64,000 nucleotides of DNA from Candidatus Marinacidobacterales bacterium (GCA_965226495.1 OZ245365.1:992001-1056000); one strand, 5' to 3'. Shown: positions 36,970 to 47,137, counted from the first letter of the stretch. Program-made: numbers and translations. The notes: generated by a model from the letters alone, not told the origin.

Positions 36970-38175
36970 ATGCCAGACAGCTATAAGCGCAGGCCGATGA
37001 CGGAGAACGTCCGCGTATTCGACGAATGGATCCGTACCCGATTCGTCGAGCTCAATACCGAGCTCGAAGAGCTGTACTTCGCGCAGTCGAACCGCGCCTC
37101 GGTGGAGGGAATCGGCGATACGCTCAAGGAAGAGCTGGTTGACGAGGGCCGAAGTTTCATTGTCCGGTTGCTAAAGGAGGGCAACACCGATGAAGGCTTC
37201 GATAGAGGTTTCGAGCTTCTCGGCAACGTGGGTTTTTACATGGGTGCCTGCCGTCGTCATGAGATCACCGAACCGTCCCGCGAGAGAACCTCGCCGCTCA
37301 TAGAAGCTTCCGCGCTCGCACTTCAGCTAGGAGCGTCTCTCGGCGTTACGCCTCGGTTCGCTACCAGCCATCTGGTGACCCATAATCAGGCCATTGATGG
37401 CGTCTACAAGAGCTTCACCAGCCTGGAGTCGGAGTATCTGTTTCTCGAATACAACGGTCGAGGAATCTTGGCATACAAACGTGCGGCGGATGCGCTGGTG
37501 CGAATCCTGCCCATGGGTATCTCGCACCCCCTGGCCTACGATCTGCTGCTCACAGCGGAACAGGCCCTTCAGGATGTCGCCCGCTCCAATGAAGAGCTGT
37601 ATCAAAATCTAGACACCGATCGGTTCTTTTATTGCGTACGACCCTACTACAAACCGTACCGCGTGGGTCTCCACGAGTACCGTGGCGCCAATGCCGGCGA
37701 TTTCGCCGGCATCAATGAAATCGATTTGTTGCTCGGGCTGTGCCAAGCAGACCATTCATCCTATTCCCAGCTGCTGGTGGACAAGTTTCTCTACATTGTG
37801 CCGGAAGACCAGGCACGGCTTCGTGATGCCATGCGGCAGCAAAGTTTGTTGGATAGCCTGCTGGAGCAGGCGGAAGCGTCGGGCGCGAGCATGTGGTTTA
37901 GGAAAAACGCCGCCGTCTTCCTCAGAGTCTGCGATGCGCACGGCGCCGCCGCCGCGCAACACCATGACAAGCTCGTAAAAAAATTCATCGAGCAGCCGGC
38001 GGAAACGCTTCCCGAGGAGAATCTCGAAGGCATTACCGCGAGCGGTCCCCCGTTGCCAGTCGTGGTGAGCGCGCTAGAGAAACTCCGTGATCTTCGCCGG
38101 GCTGCCGATCGGGACGACATCCCGAGTCGTTACAAAGATCTTGAGAAGATCAGGGCGATCGTGGGGACAAGCTAA
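36970..38175 (+). CDS. PrnB-family (DUF1864) heme-dependent tryptophan-dioxygenase-fold protein
   Basis: FVELNTELEELY, ACRRH, FFYCVRPYYKPYRVG, YRGANAGDF, TASGPPL. GGAGGT RBS. Confidence 0.8.
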   Translation: MPDSYKRRPMTENVRVFDEWIRTRFVELNTELEELYFAQSNRASVEGIGDTLKEELVDEGRSFIVRLLKEGNTDEGFDRGFELLGNVGFYMGACRRHEITEPSRERTSPLIEASALALQLGASLGVTPRFATSHLVTHNQAIDGVYKSFTSLESEYLFLEYNGRGILAYKRAADALVRILPMGISHPLAYDLLLTAEQALQDVARSNEELYQNLDTDRFFYCVRPYYKPYRVGLHEYRGANAGDFAGINEIDLLLGLCQADHSSYSQLLVDKFLYIVPEDQARLRDAMRQQSLLDSLLEQAEASGASMWFRKNAAVFLRVCDAHGAAAAQHHDKLVKKFIEQPAETLPEENLEGITASGPPLPVVVSALEKLRDLRRAADRDDIPSRYKDLEKIRAIVGTS

Positions 38176-38586
38176 TGAGGAGGCTGTTTGCGTCACTTTC
38201 CACGTGTATTCTGAGCGTTTGTCTGCCGAGTGTCGGCGCAGCTCAAAAAACGTACCCGGCGCCGGCCTGCGACCCTAACACGATAACGGAGCAAGTCGGT
38301 GCATACCAGTTCGACGGTGATTTGGACGCCAAATTTGTTGAGCATCTACTACGACGGCAGTAATCGGGTAGACACGCAACCCAGGCCAGTTTCCGATCTG
38401 AGGGAATTGGGGTCCTATCGCGAGATGCTCGAGGAGACGATTGGCATCGTGCGGCGAAAGAAAGAAGAGGGGATGAGCCTCGAGAAAATCAAGTCCGAAG
38501 GTTTCCCACCCAAGTACGACGACTGGGGCAAGGGTTACATGAACGCAGAGGGTTGGATCGAGAACATCTACCGGAGTCTGCCCTAG
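38175..38586 (+). pseudogene. Internally deleted MBL-fold (cyclase-like) hydrolase
   Basis: Signal peptide ORF joined out of frame to YREMLEETIGIV...KYDDWGKGYMNAEGWIENIYRSL. The HxHxDH core is absent. Confidence 0.6.
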
Positions 38587-38615
38587 CTCGTACTCTACTC
38601 AATCCGCAACCTCGA

Positions 38616-40187
38616 TCAACGGAGGCTTTCGTCTTCAATTTCGGGAAAGCCTTCCGGTGGTCGTCGGTGACGGGTCGCCTGCTCGTAGGCGTAAGCCAGT
38701 CGAATCAAGGCTCCTTCCGAGTAGGGGCGGCCGAGGATCTGTAGCCCGGCGGGGAGGTTGCCGTAGGTGAAGCCCATCGACACCGTGACCGCTGGCATGC
38801 CGGTTGAAGGTGCGACCAGCTGGCTGTTGTCCCCCTTGTACTCTTCGATGGGTTTGTCGAGGTGCGCCGGCGGGTTGGTCCATGTTGGGTACAGGAGCGC
38901 GTCGACCCGCTCGTGATCCATGGCCGCGACCACGTCGGCGAGGTAGGCTTGCCGGACCGGGTGCTCCGCGTAAACGGCGCAGGGCGGATTCCGGTCCTCG
39001 GGCGCCACATCGAGCGGCGTGTTCTGGTGGCGCGCGAGGCGGCTCTCGACATAGGGCGAATAGGCTCCCGATTCGTACGCCTCCTTGACATCCTTAATGG
39101 GCGCCCCCGGTCCCAGCGATTGGAGGTAGACGTACATGTCGTAGCGAAAGCGACCACAATCGTTGTCTGCGTTCGAATGCTCTTCGAAGTCGTCCACGAT
39201 GATGGGATCGACGAGGGTCGCGCCCGCCGCTCTTAGGTCCGCCAGCGCTTTCTCGAAGAGCGCGGTCACCTCGGGATCGGCATCTTCGGTATCGACGAGC
39301 GCCCGTAAGACACCCAGGCGAGCTCCGTTCAGGCCGTCGGGGCCGAGAAACGCTCGGTAGTCCGGCTCGCGCTTTCCCCTCCCGAGGGCGGTGTAGGGAT
39401 CCGCCGGGTCGTAGCCGGCCAGGACGTCGAACAGACGGGCACCGTCCTCGACCGTCCGGGTCATGGGACCGGCGATATCGTGGTCGAACGCGAGCGGGAT
39501 GACCCCGTCCCTGCTTGTGAGACCGATGGTCGAGCGAATCCCGAAAAGCGCGAGGTGCGAAGAGGGGCCGCGAATAGAGTTTCCGGTATCGGAGCCGAGC
39601 CCGGCCACGCCGAAGCTCGAAGCAACTCCCGACGCCGTCCCGCCGCTCGAGCCTGCGGGTACGCGGTCGAGCGCGTAAGCGTTCGCTGTGGTTCCGTAGG
39701 ACGAGCTCACCGTTTGCCGCGCGCTGAAAGCCCACTCCGCCATGTTCGTCTTGGCGAGGACGATCGCATCCGCTTCTCGGAGCTTCCGGACCATGAAGGC
39801 ATCGTCGGGTGGAATGCTGTCTTTGAGAGCGATCGATCCTCCGGTCGTCGGCAAATCATGCGTGTCGAAGTTGTCTTTGACGAGGATGGGCGCGCAAAAG
39901 AGGGGTCCGAGCTGCCCCCCTCTCGCGACGGCCTGGTCGATTTCGTCCGCACGTGCGAGCGCGTTCGGATTCACCTCGGTGATGGCGTTCAGCCCCGTCG
40001 TTTTGTCGTAATCCTCGATGCGCGCGAGGTAGCCTCCGACGACCAGGCGACAGGTTGTGCGACCCGAGAGGATCGCCGCCTGGATGTCCGCAATTGTTGC
40101 TTCGACAAGTGCGATGGGGGCAGGCTCTTGCCGTTCGCACCCGATTAGTGCGAGGAAAGCGAGTAGGGTAGTGACCGCGAATCTCAT
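38616..40187 (-). CDS. Amidase-signature family lipoprotein
   Basis: VKDNFDT, AKTNMAEWA, GSSGG, GSDTGNSIRGP. Lipobox LIGC. Confidence 0.92.
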   Translation of the reverse strand: MRFAVTTLLAFLALIGCERQEPAPIALVEATIADIQAAILSGRTTCRLVVGGYLARIEDYDKTTGLNAITEVNPNALARADEIDQAVARGGQLGPLFCAPILVKDNFDTHDLPTTGGSIALKDSIPPDDAFMVRKLREADAIVLAKTNMAEWAFSARQTVSSSYGTTANAYALDRVPAGSSGGTASGVASSFGVAGLGSDTGNSIRGPSSHLALFGIRSTIGLTSRDGVIPLAFDHDIAGPMTRTVEDGARLFDVLAGYDPADPYTALGRGKREPDYRAFLGPDGLNGARLGVLRALVDTEDADPEVTALFEKALADLRAAGATLVDPIIVDDFEEHSNADNDCGRFRYDMYVYLQSLGPGAPIKDVKEAYESGAYSPYVESRLARHQNTPLDVAPEDRNPPCAVYAEHPVRQAYLADVVAAMDHERVDALLYPTWTNPPAHLDKPIEEYKGDNSQLVAPSTGMPAVTVSMGFTYGNLPAGLQILGRPYSEGALIRLAYAYEQATRHRRPPEGFPEIEDESLR

Positions 40188-40207
40188 AGCCGCCGGGAGT
40201 CTAGTTC

Positions 40208-41275
40208 CTAGTCGTCGACCTTTCCCCAGATGTCACCGACGGTGAAGCCATTGGGAAAAGGATCTTCCGGATCCACAACGTACTGAGCGAACCCCGTAAT
40301 CCATGCCTGGCCACTCAAAGTGGGGACCACTGCCTTGTAGTCTCCAACTTTGGTCTCCCGCACCAACCGACCGGTAAAGATCGTGCCCAGTGGTCCCTCG
40401 TGGCGAAAATCTTGATCCAGCGGTAGCTCGCCCTTGGCGTGGAGCGCTGCCATCTTGGCGCAGGTCCCGGTACCGCACGGTGAACGATCCAGGGCTCCTG
40501 TCCAAGACGAGGGTTTGTCCCAGTCGAGGACGCCGGTCGAGACGATCACCGCATTTTTGACCGTTGCCTCGGGGTGGGCGGGAGGTCCCGATAGCTGGGC
40601 GATCGTGATGCCGTTGATCCCGGGGTTCTCGGGATGGACGACCTTGAATTTCTCTGCCGTCGCCGCCTTGATCATTTCGCCGATCCGAACGATGTCTCGT
40701 CCTTCGTCCGCAGTGAGTCGAAGCCCGAACTGTGTGGCATCGGCGATGACGTAGAACATTCCACCATACGAAATGTCCACCTTGACCGTGCCCAATTCAG
40801 GTACTTCGACCGGGGCATCCAAGTGAACGGCGAATCCGGGTAGGTTCTCGAACGTCACTCGCCTGACCTTACCGTTCTTGACTTCGGCGGTTACCGGCAC
40901 CAGGCCAGCCGGCGATTCCAGAAGCAGTTTGGTGATCGGCTCTTCCACCGGCACCATTCCTGTTTCGATGAGAGTCGTAGTGACGCAGATCGTGTTGGTG
41001 CCGGACATAACCGGGTATTCGGTCTGCTCCATGATGACGAATCCCGCATCCGCTTCCGGCAACGTCGGAGGCAGGATGAGGTTGCAGTTCGCCGCGGGAA
41101 ACCCCCGCGGTTCGCGAAGCATGCGCTTACGGAGGTCGTCCTGCTGCGTCTCGAGGTATTTCATTTTCTCGAACATCGTCTTGCCGGGGACGTCGCGCAC
41201 GCCCCCCACGATGACTCGACCGGGTTCACCGCCACAGTGGAGATCCACGGCGTTGATCATGCTCTGAAGTCGCAT
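40208..41275 (-). CDS. Proline racemase superfamily protein (Ser/Cys active-site pair)
   Basis: DLHCGGEPGR, EPRG, MSGTN, DRSPCGTGT, DPFPNGF. Confidence 0.9.
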   Translation of the reverse strand: MRLQSMINAVDLHCGGEPGRVIVGGVRDVPGKTMFEKMKYLETQQDDLRKRMLREPRGFPAANCNLILPPTLPEADAGFVIMEQTEYPVMSGTNTICVTTTLIETGMVPVEEPITKLLLESPAGLVPVTAEVKNGKVRRVTFENLPGFAVHLDAPVEVPELGTVKVDISYGGMFYVIADATQFGLRLTADEGRDIVRIGEMIKAATAEKFKVVHPENPGINGITIAQLSGPPAHPEATVKNAVIVSTGVLDWDKPSSWTGALDRSPCGTGTCAKMAALHAKGELPLDQDFRHEGPLGTIFTGRLVRETKVGDYKAVVPTLSGQAWITGFAQYVVDPEDPFPNGFTVGDIWGKVDD

Positions 41276-41348
41276 CCGTCTTACTCCTGTTGTCGGGTTA
41301 AGACACGGCGTGCTCTGGATCAACGTAGCTGGGCGCCGATACTCGATG

Positions 41349-42710
41349 TCACCTCCGATTGACGGGTAGGTCCAACTTGGATCGGTCGATCACTTGACCA
41401 TCCTTCACCACCAGCGCGATGCGCTTCGCATTGTCGATATCTTCTGAGGGGTCGGCGTTCAGCAGGACGAGATCGGCGAGCTTACCCTCCTCGACCGAGC
41501 CCAGGTCGTCCGACTTGCCGAGGAATATAGCTGCATTGAGAGTGGCACAACGAATGACGGCGGAGGGGGAGAATCCCGCCGCAACTAGCAGTTCCATCTC
41601 ACGGTGCAGCGCGGGGCCGAGGGATTGATCGGTGCCGGTGACCACGATGCCGCCGTACTCGTGTACCATCCGAAGGTTTTCTTGCGCGATGGGGGTCATG
41701 ATTTTCATCCACCAAGTCCAAGGGCGCTCTTTCTGCCTGTTCCTTTCATCGGTTTTGAGGCGCTCGATTTCGGACGGCTCCAAAGTGGCCTCATAGAGGG
41801 GTTGATCTAGAAACTCCGGGCTGTCCACTAATCGACTGTAATTCTCTCCGATCGTCAACGTGGAGACGGTGGGAATTTTCTTGGCGCCCATGAGCCGAGC
41901 GAATTCTTCCGTAATTGGCCCGCGGATCGACATGGGGTGAGAAAGAGCATCCACCCCGGCGAAGATGGCCTCTCGCGTTCTAATCTCGTTTGAAGCATGG
42001 ACGGTCGCGCGGATGCCGTGGTCGTTGTAGTACTCGATGATGCGCTGCATTAGATCTAAGTCGAGCATGGGTATCTGGGGACGGCTTCCCCAGCCACGTT
42101 CTTCGTAAGTCAACTTGACCATGTCCGGTTTGCGCGCGATGTGCTCGTCCAACTGGGCGATCGCCTCCGGCCAGTCGTTCACCAATGTCGCTCCCTCGAA
42201 ACCGCCATGGCCTCCCGGGGCGGTTACGATGCCGCCGGCGGCGAAGAGGCGGGGGCTCGTGATCGCACCCGATCGCTCCTTCTCGCGTAGACCCATGATG
42301 AAGTCCGGATGATTACCGGAGTCGAAGACGGAGGTCACCCCTGAGTAGAGGTACGACTGGAGGACTTGGATTCCGACACGTTCGTAATCGCCTGTCTGCG
42401 ATCCAACGTACAGGTTTCCGTCTGGCACTCCTCGGATGTGGACGTGCATATCCATCAGACCCGGAATCAAATACTTTCCGGTGCCGTCGATACGTCGGGC
42501 GCCGGAAGGGGCCTTGATGGCGCCGTTTCGGATGCGCTCGATTCGACTACCTCGTACCAACACGGATGTGCCAGCCTGGGGAGACTTTCCGGTGCCGTCG
42601 ATCAGGGTCACGTTCCCGATCAAAAGGCTGGACTCTTGTCCCGCGAACACGGGCAGGCTGATCGAGCATGCGATTGCCATCACCAGGGCCATCTTCGAAC
42701 GCCTCTTCAT
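41349..42710 (-). CDS. Secreted metal-dependent amidohydrolase
   Basis: PGLMDMHVH, TVHA, LSH, GTD, GKLADLV. Signal peptide from MKRRSK. Confidence 0.88.
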   Translation of the reverse strand: MKRRSKMALVMAIACSISLPVFAGQESSLLIGNVTLIDGTGKSPQAGTSVLVRGSRIERIRNGAIKAPSGARRIDGTGKYLIPGLMDMHVHIRGVPDGNLYVGSQTGDYERVGIQVLQSYLYSGVTSVFDSGNHPDFIMGLREKERSGAITSPRLFAAGGIVTAPGGHGGFEGATLVNDWPEAIAQLDEHIARKPDMVKLTYEERGWGSRPQIPMLDLDLMQRIIEYYNDHGIRATVHASNEIRTREAIFAGVDALSHPMSIRGPITEEFARLMGAKKIPTVSTLTIGENYSRLVDSPEFLDQPLYEATLEPSEIERLKTDERNRQKERPWTWWMKIMTPIAQENLRMVHEYGGIVVTGTDQSLGPALHREMELLVAAGFSPSAVIRCATLNAAIFLGKSDDLGSVEEGKLADLVLLNADPSEDIDNAKRIALVVKDGQVIDRSKLDLPVNRR

Positions 42711-43012
42711 TTGCTGTCCCCTCTCATTTGACCAGGTAGTACTCGTCAAGCTCGTATTCCTGGGAGGCCGGCAGACGGTAGTCCTGGGGTTCGCCGCGCT
42801 TACTGCACGAGCGAGAAGATCGCAAGGTTTCTAGGAAGTTGAGATTCACGTCGACTGTCCTTTCGTCCAAGGCGATGAGCGTAGCACGAGTCGGTCTAGC
42901 GGCAAAAGAGATGGGCCGGCAATCTAGGCTCTTCTCACCGACCCCAAGTACAAAATGCCGACCGTGCTTCCCGATGGTAGCTACCGCGCGGGCGTCGAAT
43001 GACCCTAAGGAT

Positions 43013-43041
43013 TTGACAGCAGGACTAATTCTGCGTAGTCT
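43013..43041 (+). promoter_or_regulatory. sigma70-type promoter of the cimA leader
   Basis: TTGACA (43013-43018), 17 nt, TAGTCT (43036-43041). Predicted +1 falls on the A of the ATG at 43048. Confidence 0.75.
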
Positions 43042-43047
43042 TGCTCC

Positions 43048-43158
43048 ATGACGAGCCAGCGGCCCACTTCCAGCCCTGCGCCGACCGGTTTGCGCATTTT
43101 CGGTAGCCCGCACATCAGCATCATCGTCATTACCGACGGGTGCGGGCCACCCAAGTAG
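43048..43158 (+). CDS. 36-aa leader peptide MTSQRPTSSPAPTGLRIFGSPHISIIVITDGCGPPK
   Basis: Translated by hand. Ile/Val cluster I-S-I-I-V-I-T lies just before the antiterminator segment. Confidence 0.8.
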   Translation: MTSQRPTSSPAPTGLRIFGSPHISIIVITDGCGPPK

Positions 43159-43166
43159 TTGGAATC

Positions 43167-43209
43167 AAAGGCCCCGCACCCCACGATGGGGTGCGGGGCC
43201 TTTTTTTTT
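43167..43209 (+). terminator. Attenuator terminator upstream of cimA
   Basis: aaaggccccgcacccca-cga-tggggtgcggggccttt followed by T9, 14 nt before the cimA ATG. Confidence 0.92.
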
Positions 43210-43223
43210 GCTCGGAGAACACA

Positions 43224-44828
43224 ATGAAGGACAACCAGGTCCATCTCTACGACACCACATTACGCGACGGCACGCAGGGCGAAGGGATCAGCCTCTCCGC
43301 TGACGACAAGCTGGCTATCGCGCGGCTGTTGGACGATTTCGGCATTCACTACATCGAGGGTGGCTGGCCCGGTTCGAACCCGAAAGACGTCGAGTTCTTC
43401 CGCCGGATGCGGGGGATCAGTCTCAATCAAGCCAAAGTCGTGGCCTTCGGGAGTACGCGACGGGCGGGGCTCAAGCCCGACGGAGACGCCAATCTTCAGG
43501 CCTTGCTCGCGGCCGCTACTTCGACGGTCGCACTCGTTGGCAAGTCGTCGACACTCCACGTAACAGATGTCTTGAGGACGACGTTAGACGAAAACCTGGC
43601 CATGATTGCCGATAGCGTCCGTTTGATGAAAGAGCACGGTCGTGAGGTCGTTTACGACGCCGAGCACTTCTTCGACGGTTACAAAGCCGACCCCGAGTAT
43701 GCCCTCGAGACCGTCAGGGTCGCGGCGGACGCGGGCGCCGACTGGATCGTCCTTTGCGACACCAACGGAGGCAGCCTCCCGAGCTGGATCGGCGAAGTCA
43801 TTGCCGCCGTGGGCGCGCAGGTTGTTGCTCCGCTCGGCATTCACACTCACAACGACGGTGAGCTTGCGGTGGCCAATGCCCTGGCAGCGGTCGAGGCCGG
43901 CTGTACTCAAGTTCAGGGGACCATCAACGGTTACGGCGAGCGCTGCGGTAACACCAATCTGGTTTCGATCCTGCCCACCCTGCAGCTCAAGATGGAACGA
44001 AGCTGCGTCCCCGAAGACAAACTGGCCGGTCTGACCGATCTCTCTCGCACGGTTGCCGAGATTGCGAACCAGAGTCCGGATCCTTATGCGCCCTACGTCG
44101 GTTATTCGGCCTTCGCTCACAAAGGCGGCATCCATGGTTCAGCGGTCGAGCGGGTTAAGTCGAGCTACGAACATCTCGCGCCCGAGCAGGTTGGGAACCG
44201 GCGTCGTTTCGTCGTGTCGGAGCTTTCGGGTCGCGCGAGTCTCCGCGTCGGCGCGGCGGATCTCGGGCTCCGGATCCAGGGAAACGAGCATGCCCTTTTG
44301 CAAAAGATCAAGGAGCTCGAGAGTCGGGGTTTTCAATTCGAGGCCGCTGAAGGTTCGCTCGAGCTGCTCATCCGGCGAAGCCAGGACGATTATACCCGCC
44401 CCTTCGAATTGCTCGACGTGATCGTGGTTGCCGCAGCCGAGAGCGGCAATGGAATGCGGACCGAGGTCACCGTGGCGCTTCGGGTGGACGAGGAGGTGAT
44501 GCTTACGTCGGCCGAGGCAGTAGGTCCCGTTCACGCCCTCGACGTTGCACTCCGCAAGGCGCTCGTCCCTCGTTATCCTGCGCTAGAGGAAATGAGATTG
44601 GTCGACTACAAGGTGCGCATTCTCGATCCGGAAAAAGCTACCCAGGCGACGACAAGGGTTCTCATCGAAGCGAGTCGAGGCATCGATCGTTGGAGCACCG
44701 TCGGTTGCTCGGAGAACATCATCGAAGCAAGCTCCCAGGCACTTCTCGATAGCTTCGAGCTTGCTCTCGTGCGTCCAGCGTTGCCGGAGCACAAAACATC
44801 TGAACTGGCCAAAGGAAAAGTCCGCTAA
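43224..44828 (+). CDS. cimA: Citramalate synthase (LeuA-like, DRE-TIM)
   Basis: [54 protein letters not shown]-terminal regulatory domain. GGAG RBS. Confidence 0.9.
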   Translation: MKDNQVHLYDTTLRDGTQGEGISLSADDKLAIARLLDDFGIHYIEGGWPGSNPKDVEFFRRMRGISLNQAKVVAFGSTRRAGLKPDGDANLQALLAAATSTVALVGKSSTLHVTDVLRTTLDENLAMIADSVRLMKEHGREVVYDAEHFFDGYKADPEYALETVRVAADAGADWIVLCDTNGGSLPSWIGEVIAAVGAQVVAPLGIHTHNDGELAVANALAAVEAGCTQVQGTINGYGERCGNTNLVSILPTLQLKMERSCVPEDKLAGLTDLSRTVAEIANQSPDPYAPYVGYSAFAHKGGIHGSAVERVKSSYEHLAPEQVGNRRRFVVSELSGRASLRVGAADLGLRIQGNEHALLQKIKELESRGFQFEAAEGSLELLIRRSQDDYTRPFELLDVIVVAAAESGNGMRTEVTVALRVDEEVMLTSAEAVGPVHALDVALRKALVPRYPALEEMRLVDYKVRILDPEKATQATTRVLIEASRGIDRWSTVGCSENIIEASSQALLDSFELALVRPALPEHKTSELAKGKVR

Positions 44829-44994
44829 CCCTGGACCCGCCCCGAGACGCTGGAAAGCTTGGACCTCGACGATTTGGGTTCGCGGTTTGCTTTTAGCACA
44901 CATTCAGAGGGACCGGGTCCGATCCCTTTGGTGGGGCGAATTTCGAACGGCCTTGGAGGGCGGAGTCGAACCCAGAAGCGGCCGAGTCGAAGGT

Positions 44995-45117
44995 GGACGG
45001 GCTTTCGCCTTCTATGACGAGAAGACGAAGACTTGGGTGGTCGAGCCGGGGACGTTCGAGATCATTTTGGGCAGTTCTTCCCGTGACATCCGAGCGTCGG
45101 CGAAGATAGACCTCTAA
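44995..45117 (+). pseudogene. Remnant of a GH3 beta-glucosidase Fn3-like C-terminus
   Basis: RAFAFYDEKTKTWVVEPGTFEIILGSSSRDIR with no upstream catalytic domain. Confidence 0.75.
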
Positions 45118-45136
45118 GGGCCCTAGCCGTCACTTG

Positions 45137-46789
45137 CTAGCCGGCAGCCGAGGACAGCATCCGGTTCAGTAGCTCGCCCCAAGAGGCCTTCGAATTCTGT
45201 TCTGCGGCTACTTGTTTGAGGGCCTCCGCGTGCCTCGGATCGATCCGGAGTGCAGTACGGAACTCGATCTCGGCGCGGGTCTTCAGTCGAAACGACTTGT
45301 AATAGAGTCCCAACGATACGTGAAGTTCCGCGTCCTGCGGCGCCAGCCGAAGTGCCTCGATGAAGTGCCGCTCCGCCCGTCTGCGTTGGAGCGGATGTTT
45401 GGACATCGTGTGGGCTAGCTTCGCCCGGTACGAAGCGTTTTGGGGAGCGAGCTCGACGAGCTCGAAAAGCAACGCGATGGCGCCCTGCCAATCCTGTGCT
45501 TTGGAGTGTCGCTCGACGTCCGCGAGGATCTGCTCCACCCGGCTCCGGATCTCGCCCCGGATCGCGTCCCCGAGGGCACGGTGGGAGATCACGGTCGGGC
45601 CCTCCCGCTTGGTGCGATCGGGCCTCGCGGCCGCCGCCTCGCGCGGAGCCGTCGATTCTTCGGGCACGGATCGAGTATTTGTTCGGACCTTCGAATTCAC
45701 GTCGTCTCCAGGCTGCGCCGACAATTTTCTTTGGGTCAGGACTCGCTGACAAGCCGTCTCCAAGCGAGTTTCTATCTCGTTGATCTTACCGGCAAGGGAG
45801 GGCTCGTCTTGAGCGAGGCTTCGTACCCACGACCATTCACTGCACCGTTCCCGGTAAGCCTCCTCGATCTCTTCGTCGGTGGAACGAGAATCGATCTGGA
45901 GAAGTTGGTCGTCTGAGGTTTGATCCAGGCTCTCGTGCATCACGCGGATCTCTTGTTGGATGCTCGTTGCCTGCGTCTTGCCTAGGCACCGTTCGAGCTC
46001 GGAGAGACGAAACGTCTTGGTCTCTTCCTGAACTTTGAGCAGGCACTCGTCTGCTTCACCGTCTCCGGACTCGAGGATTCCCGATGTATAGAGACCGTAA
46101 TAGGCAAGCAGGGCAAGGTCGCGATCCTCGGGGAACAGGCCAAGGACTTCGTCGAAAATCGAACCCGCTCCCACGCATCGCAGCACGTCCCGCTCCATCG
46201 GGGTCAGCTGGTCGACGTCGCAGGTGAAGGGAGGCCGCTCGGCGACTCGCACCGAAGTGTCGAGAGGAGGTAAGCACTCCAGAATACCATCGGGGTTGGG
46301 CATCGTTCGGATGCCGTCTAGTAGAATCCGGTGAATGGATAGGCTCACCATCAGATCGACCGGGATACTGCACGCCCTCTCATCGAAGCTGTAGATGCCC
46401 TGTTCGACCTCGAAAAGAGAAACGACGATCCCATTGACTTGCATGGCAACCTGATGACCGATGTCCTCCTCCCGCATGACACCGGCCTGCACCAAGGCCT
46501 GTCCTAGTCGCTGTTGGTCACGCCTCGCCATCTGGGCGGCAAGGGTGAAATCATCGCGCGAGATCTGACCGGAGTGGATCAAACGATAACCCAGGCGGTC
46601 CACTTCGAGACTGCTAGCGGCGAAGACGACGAACCCTCGGTCGAAATAGATCGTCTTCGCGGCTTGCCCGAAAATGACTTGCAGGTCTCCGGTCTGCTCT
46701 TCCGCCGCGATCCGCTTGATGACTTCCGCGAGCGGCACCGAAGATAATGAGCCGACCCATTCCTTCGACTCCCGATCCATATCTTCCAT
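45137..46789 (-). CDS. DUF4388 domain + degenerate J-like domain + TPR protein
   Basis: GSLSSVPLAEVI...TGDL...IYFDRGFVVFAAS...RLG, a J-like helix region and C-terminal TPRs. Confidence 0.8.
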   Translation of the reverse strand: MEDMDRESKEWVGSLSSVPLAEVIKRIAAEEQTGDLQVIFGQAAKTIYFDRGFVVFAASSLEVDRLGYRLIHSGQISRDDFTLAAQMARRDQQRLGQALVQAGVMREEDIGHQVAMQVNGIVVSLFEVEQGIYSFDERACSIPVDLMVSLSIHRILLDGIRTMPNPDGILECLPPLDTSVRVAERPPFTCDVDQLTPMERDVLRCVGAGSIFDEVLGLFPEDRDLALLAYYGLYTSGILESGDGEADECLLKVQEETKTFRLSELERCLGKTQATSIQQEIRVMHESLDQTSDDQLLQIDSRSTDEEIEEAYRERCSEWSWVRSLAQDEPSLAGKINEIETRLETACQRVLTQRKLSAQPGDDVNSKVRTNTRSVPEESTAPREAAAARPDRTKREGPTVISHRALGDAIRGEIRSRVEQILADVERHSKAQDWQGAIALLFELVELAPQNASYRAKLAHTMSKHPLQRRRAERHFIEALRLAPQDAELHVSLGLYYKSFRLKTRAEIEFRTALRIDPRHAEALKQVAAEQNSKASWGELLNRMLSSAAG

Positions 46790-46854
46790 TTCGAGATCCC
46801 CAGTTCCTTCCGGCGTCGAAACGCACGAAGCTCCTGCTACTAGTGATATGGGGA

Positions 46855-46870
46855 TTCAAGTTGCGTGCCA
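46855..46870 (-). promoter_or_regulatory. Candidate sigma54 promoter (DUF4388 gene)
   Basis: TGGCAC-GCAAC-TTGAA. Confidence 0.6.
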
Positions 46871-47137
46871 GAGCGACGTGGAGGGGGTTTTCATCGATGG
46901 CGGGGCGCGCCACGCCCATATGCCGTTACTCTTGCGGTAACGGCGCTAGTTTCCCGGGTGGGTGTTTCCGGACCCCAGGTTTCCTTTGAGGGAGTGTTGC
47001 CATTTACCCCCACCACCCGGGTAAAACTCCCCGTGTCGTAGCGGAATCCATGCGGTCGGGTTTGAGACCGATGTCGGCAAAACCCAACGCATGAATAGGT
47101 TGCGTCCGTTCGCCGAGTGACTGTCGGTTGGGGTGTT

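Noticed and set aside
44925-44975. tRNA-like fragment (tggtggggcg...tcgaac)
   Set aside because: Spacing is incompatible with an acceptor stem plus T-arm, and no cloverleaf forms.
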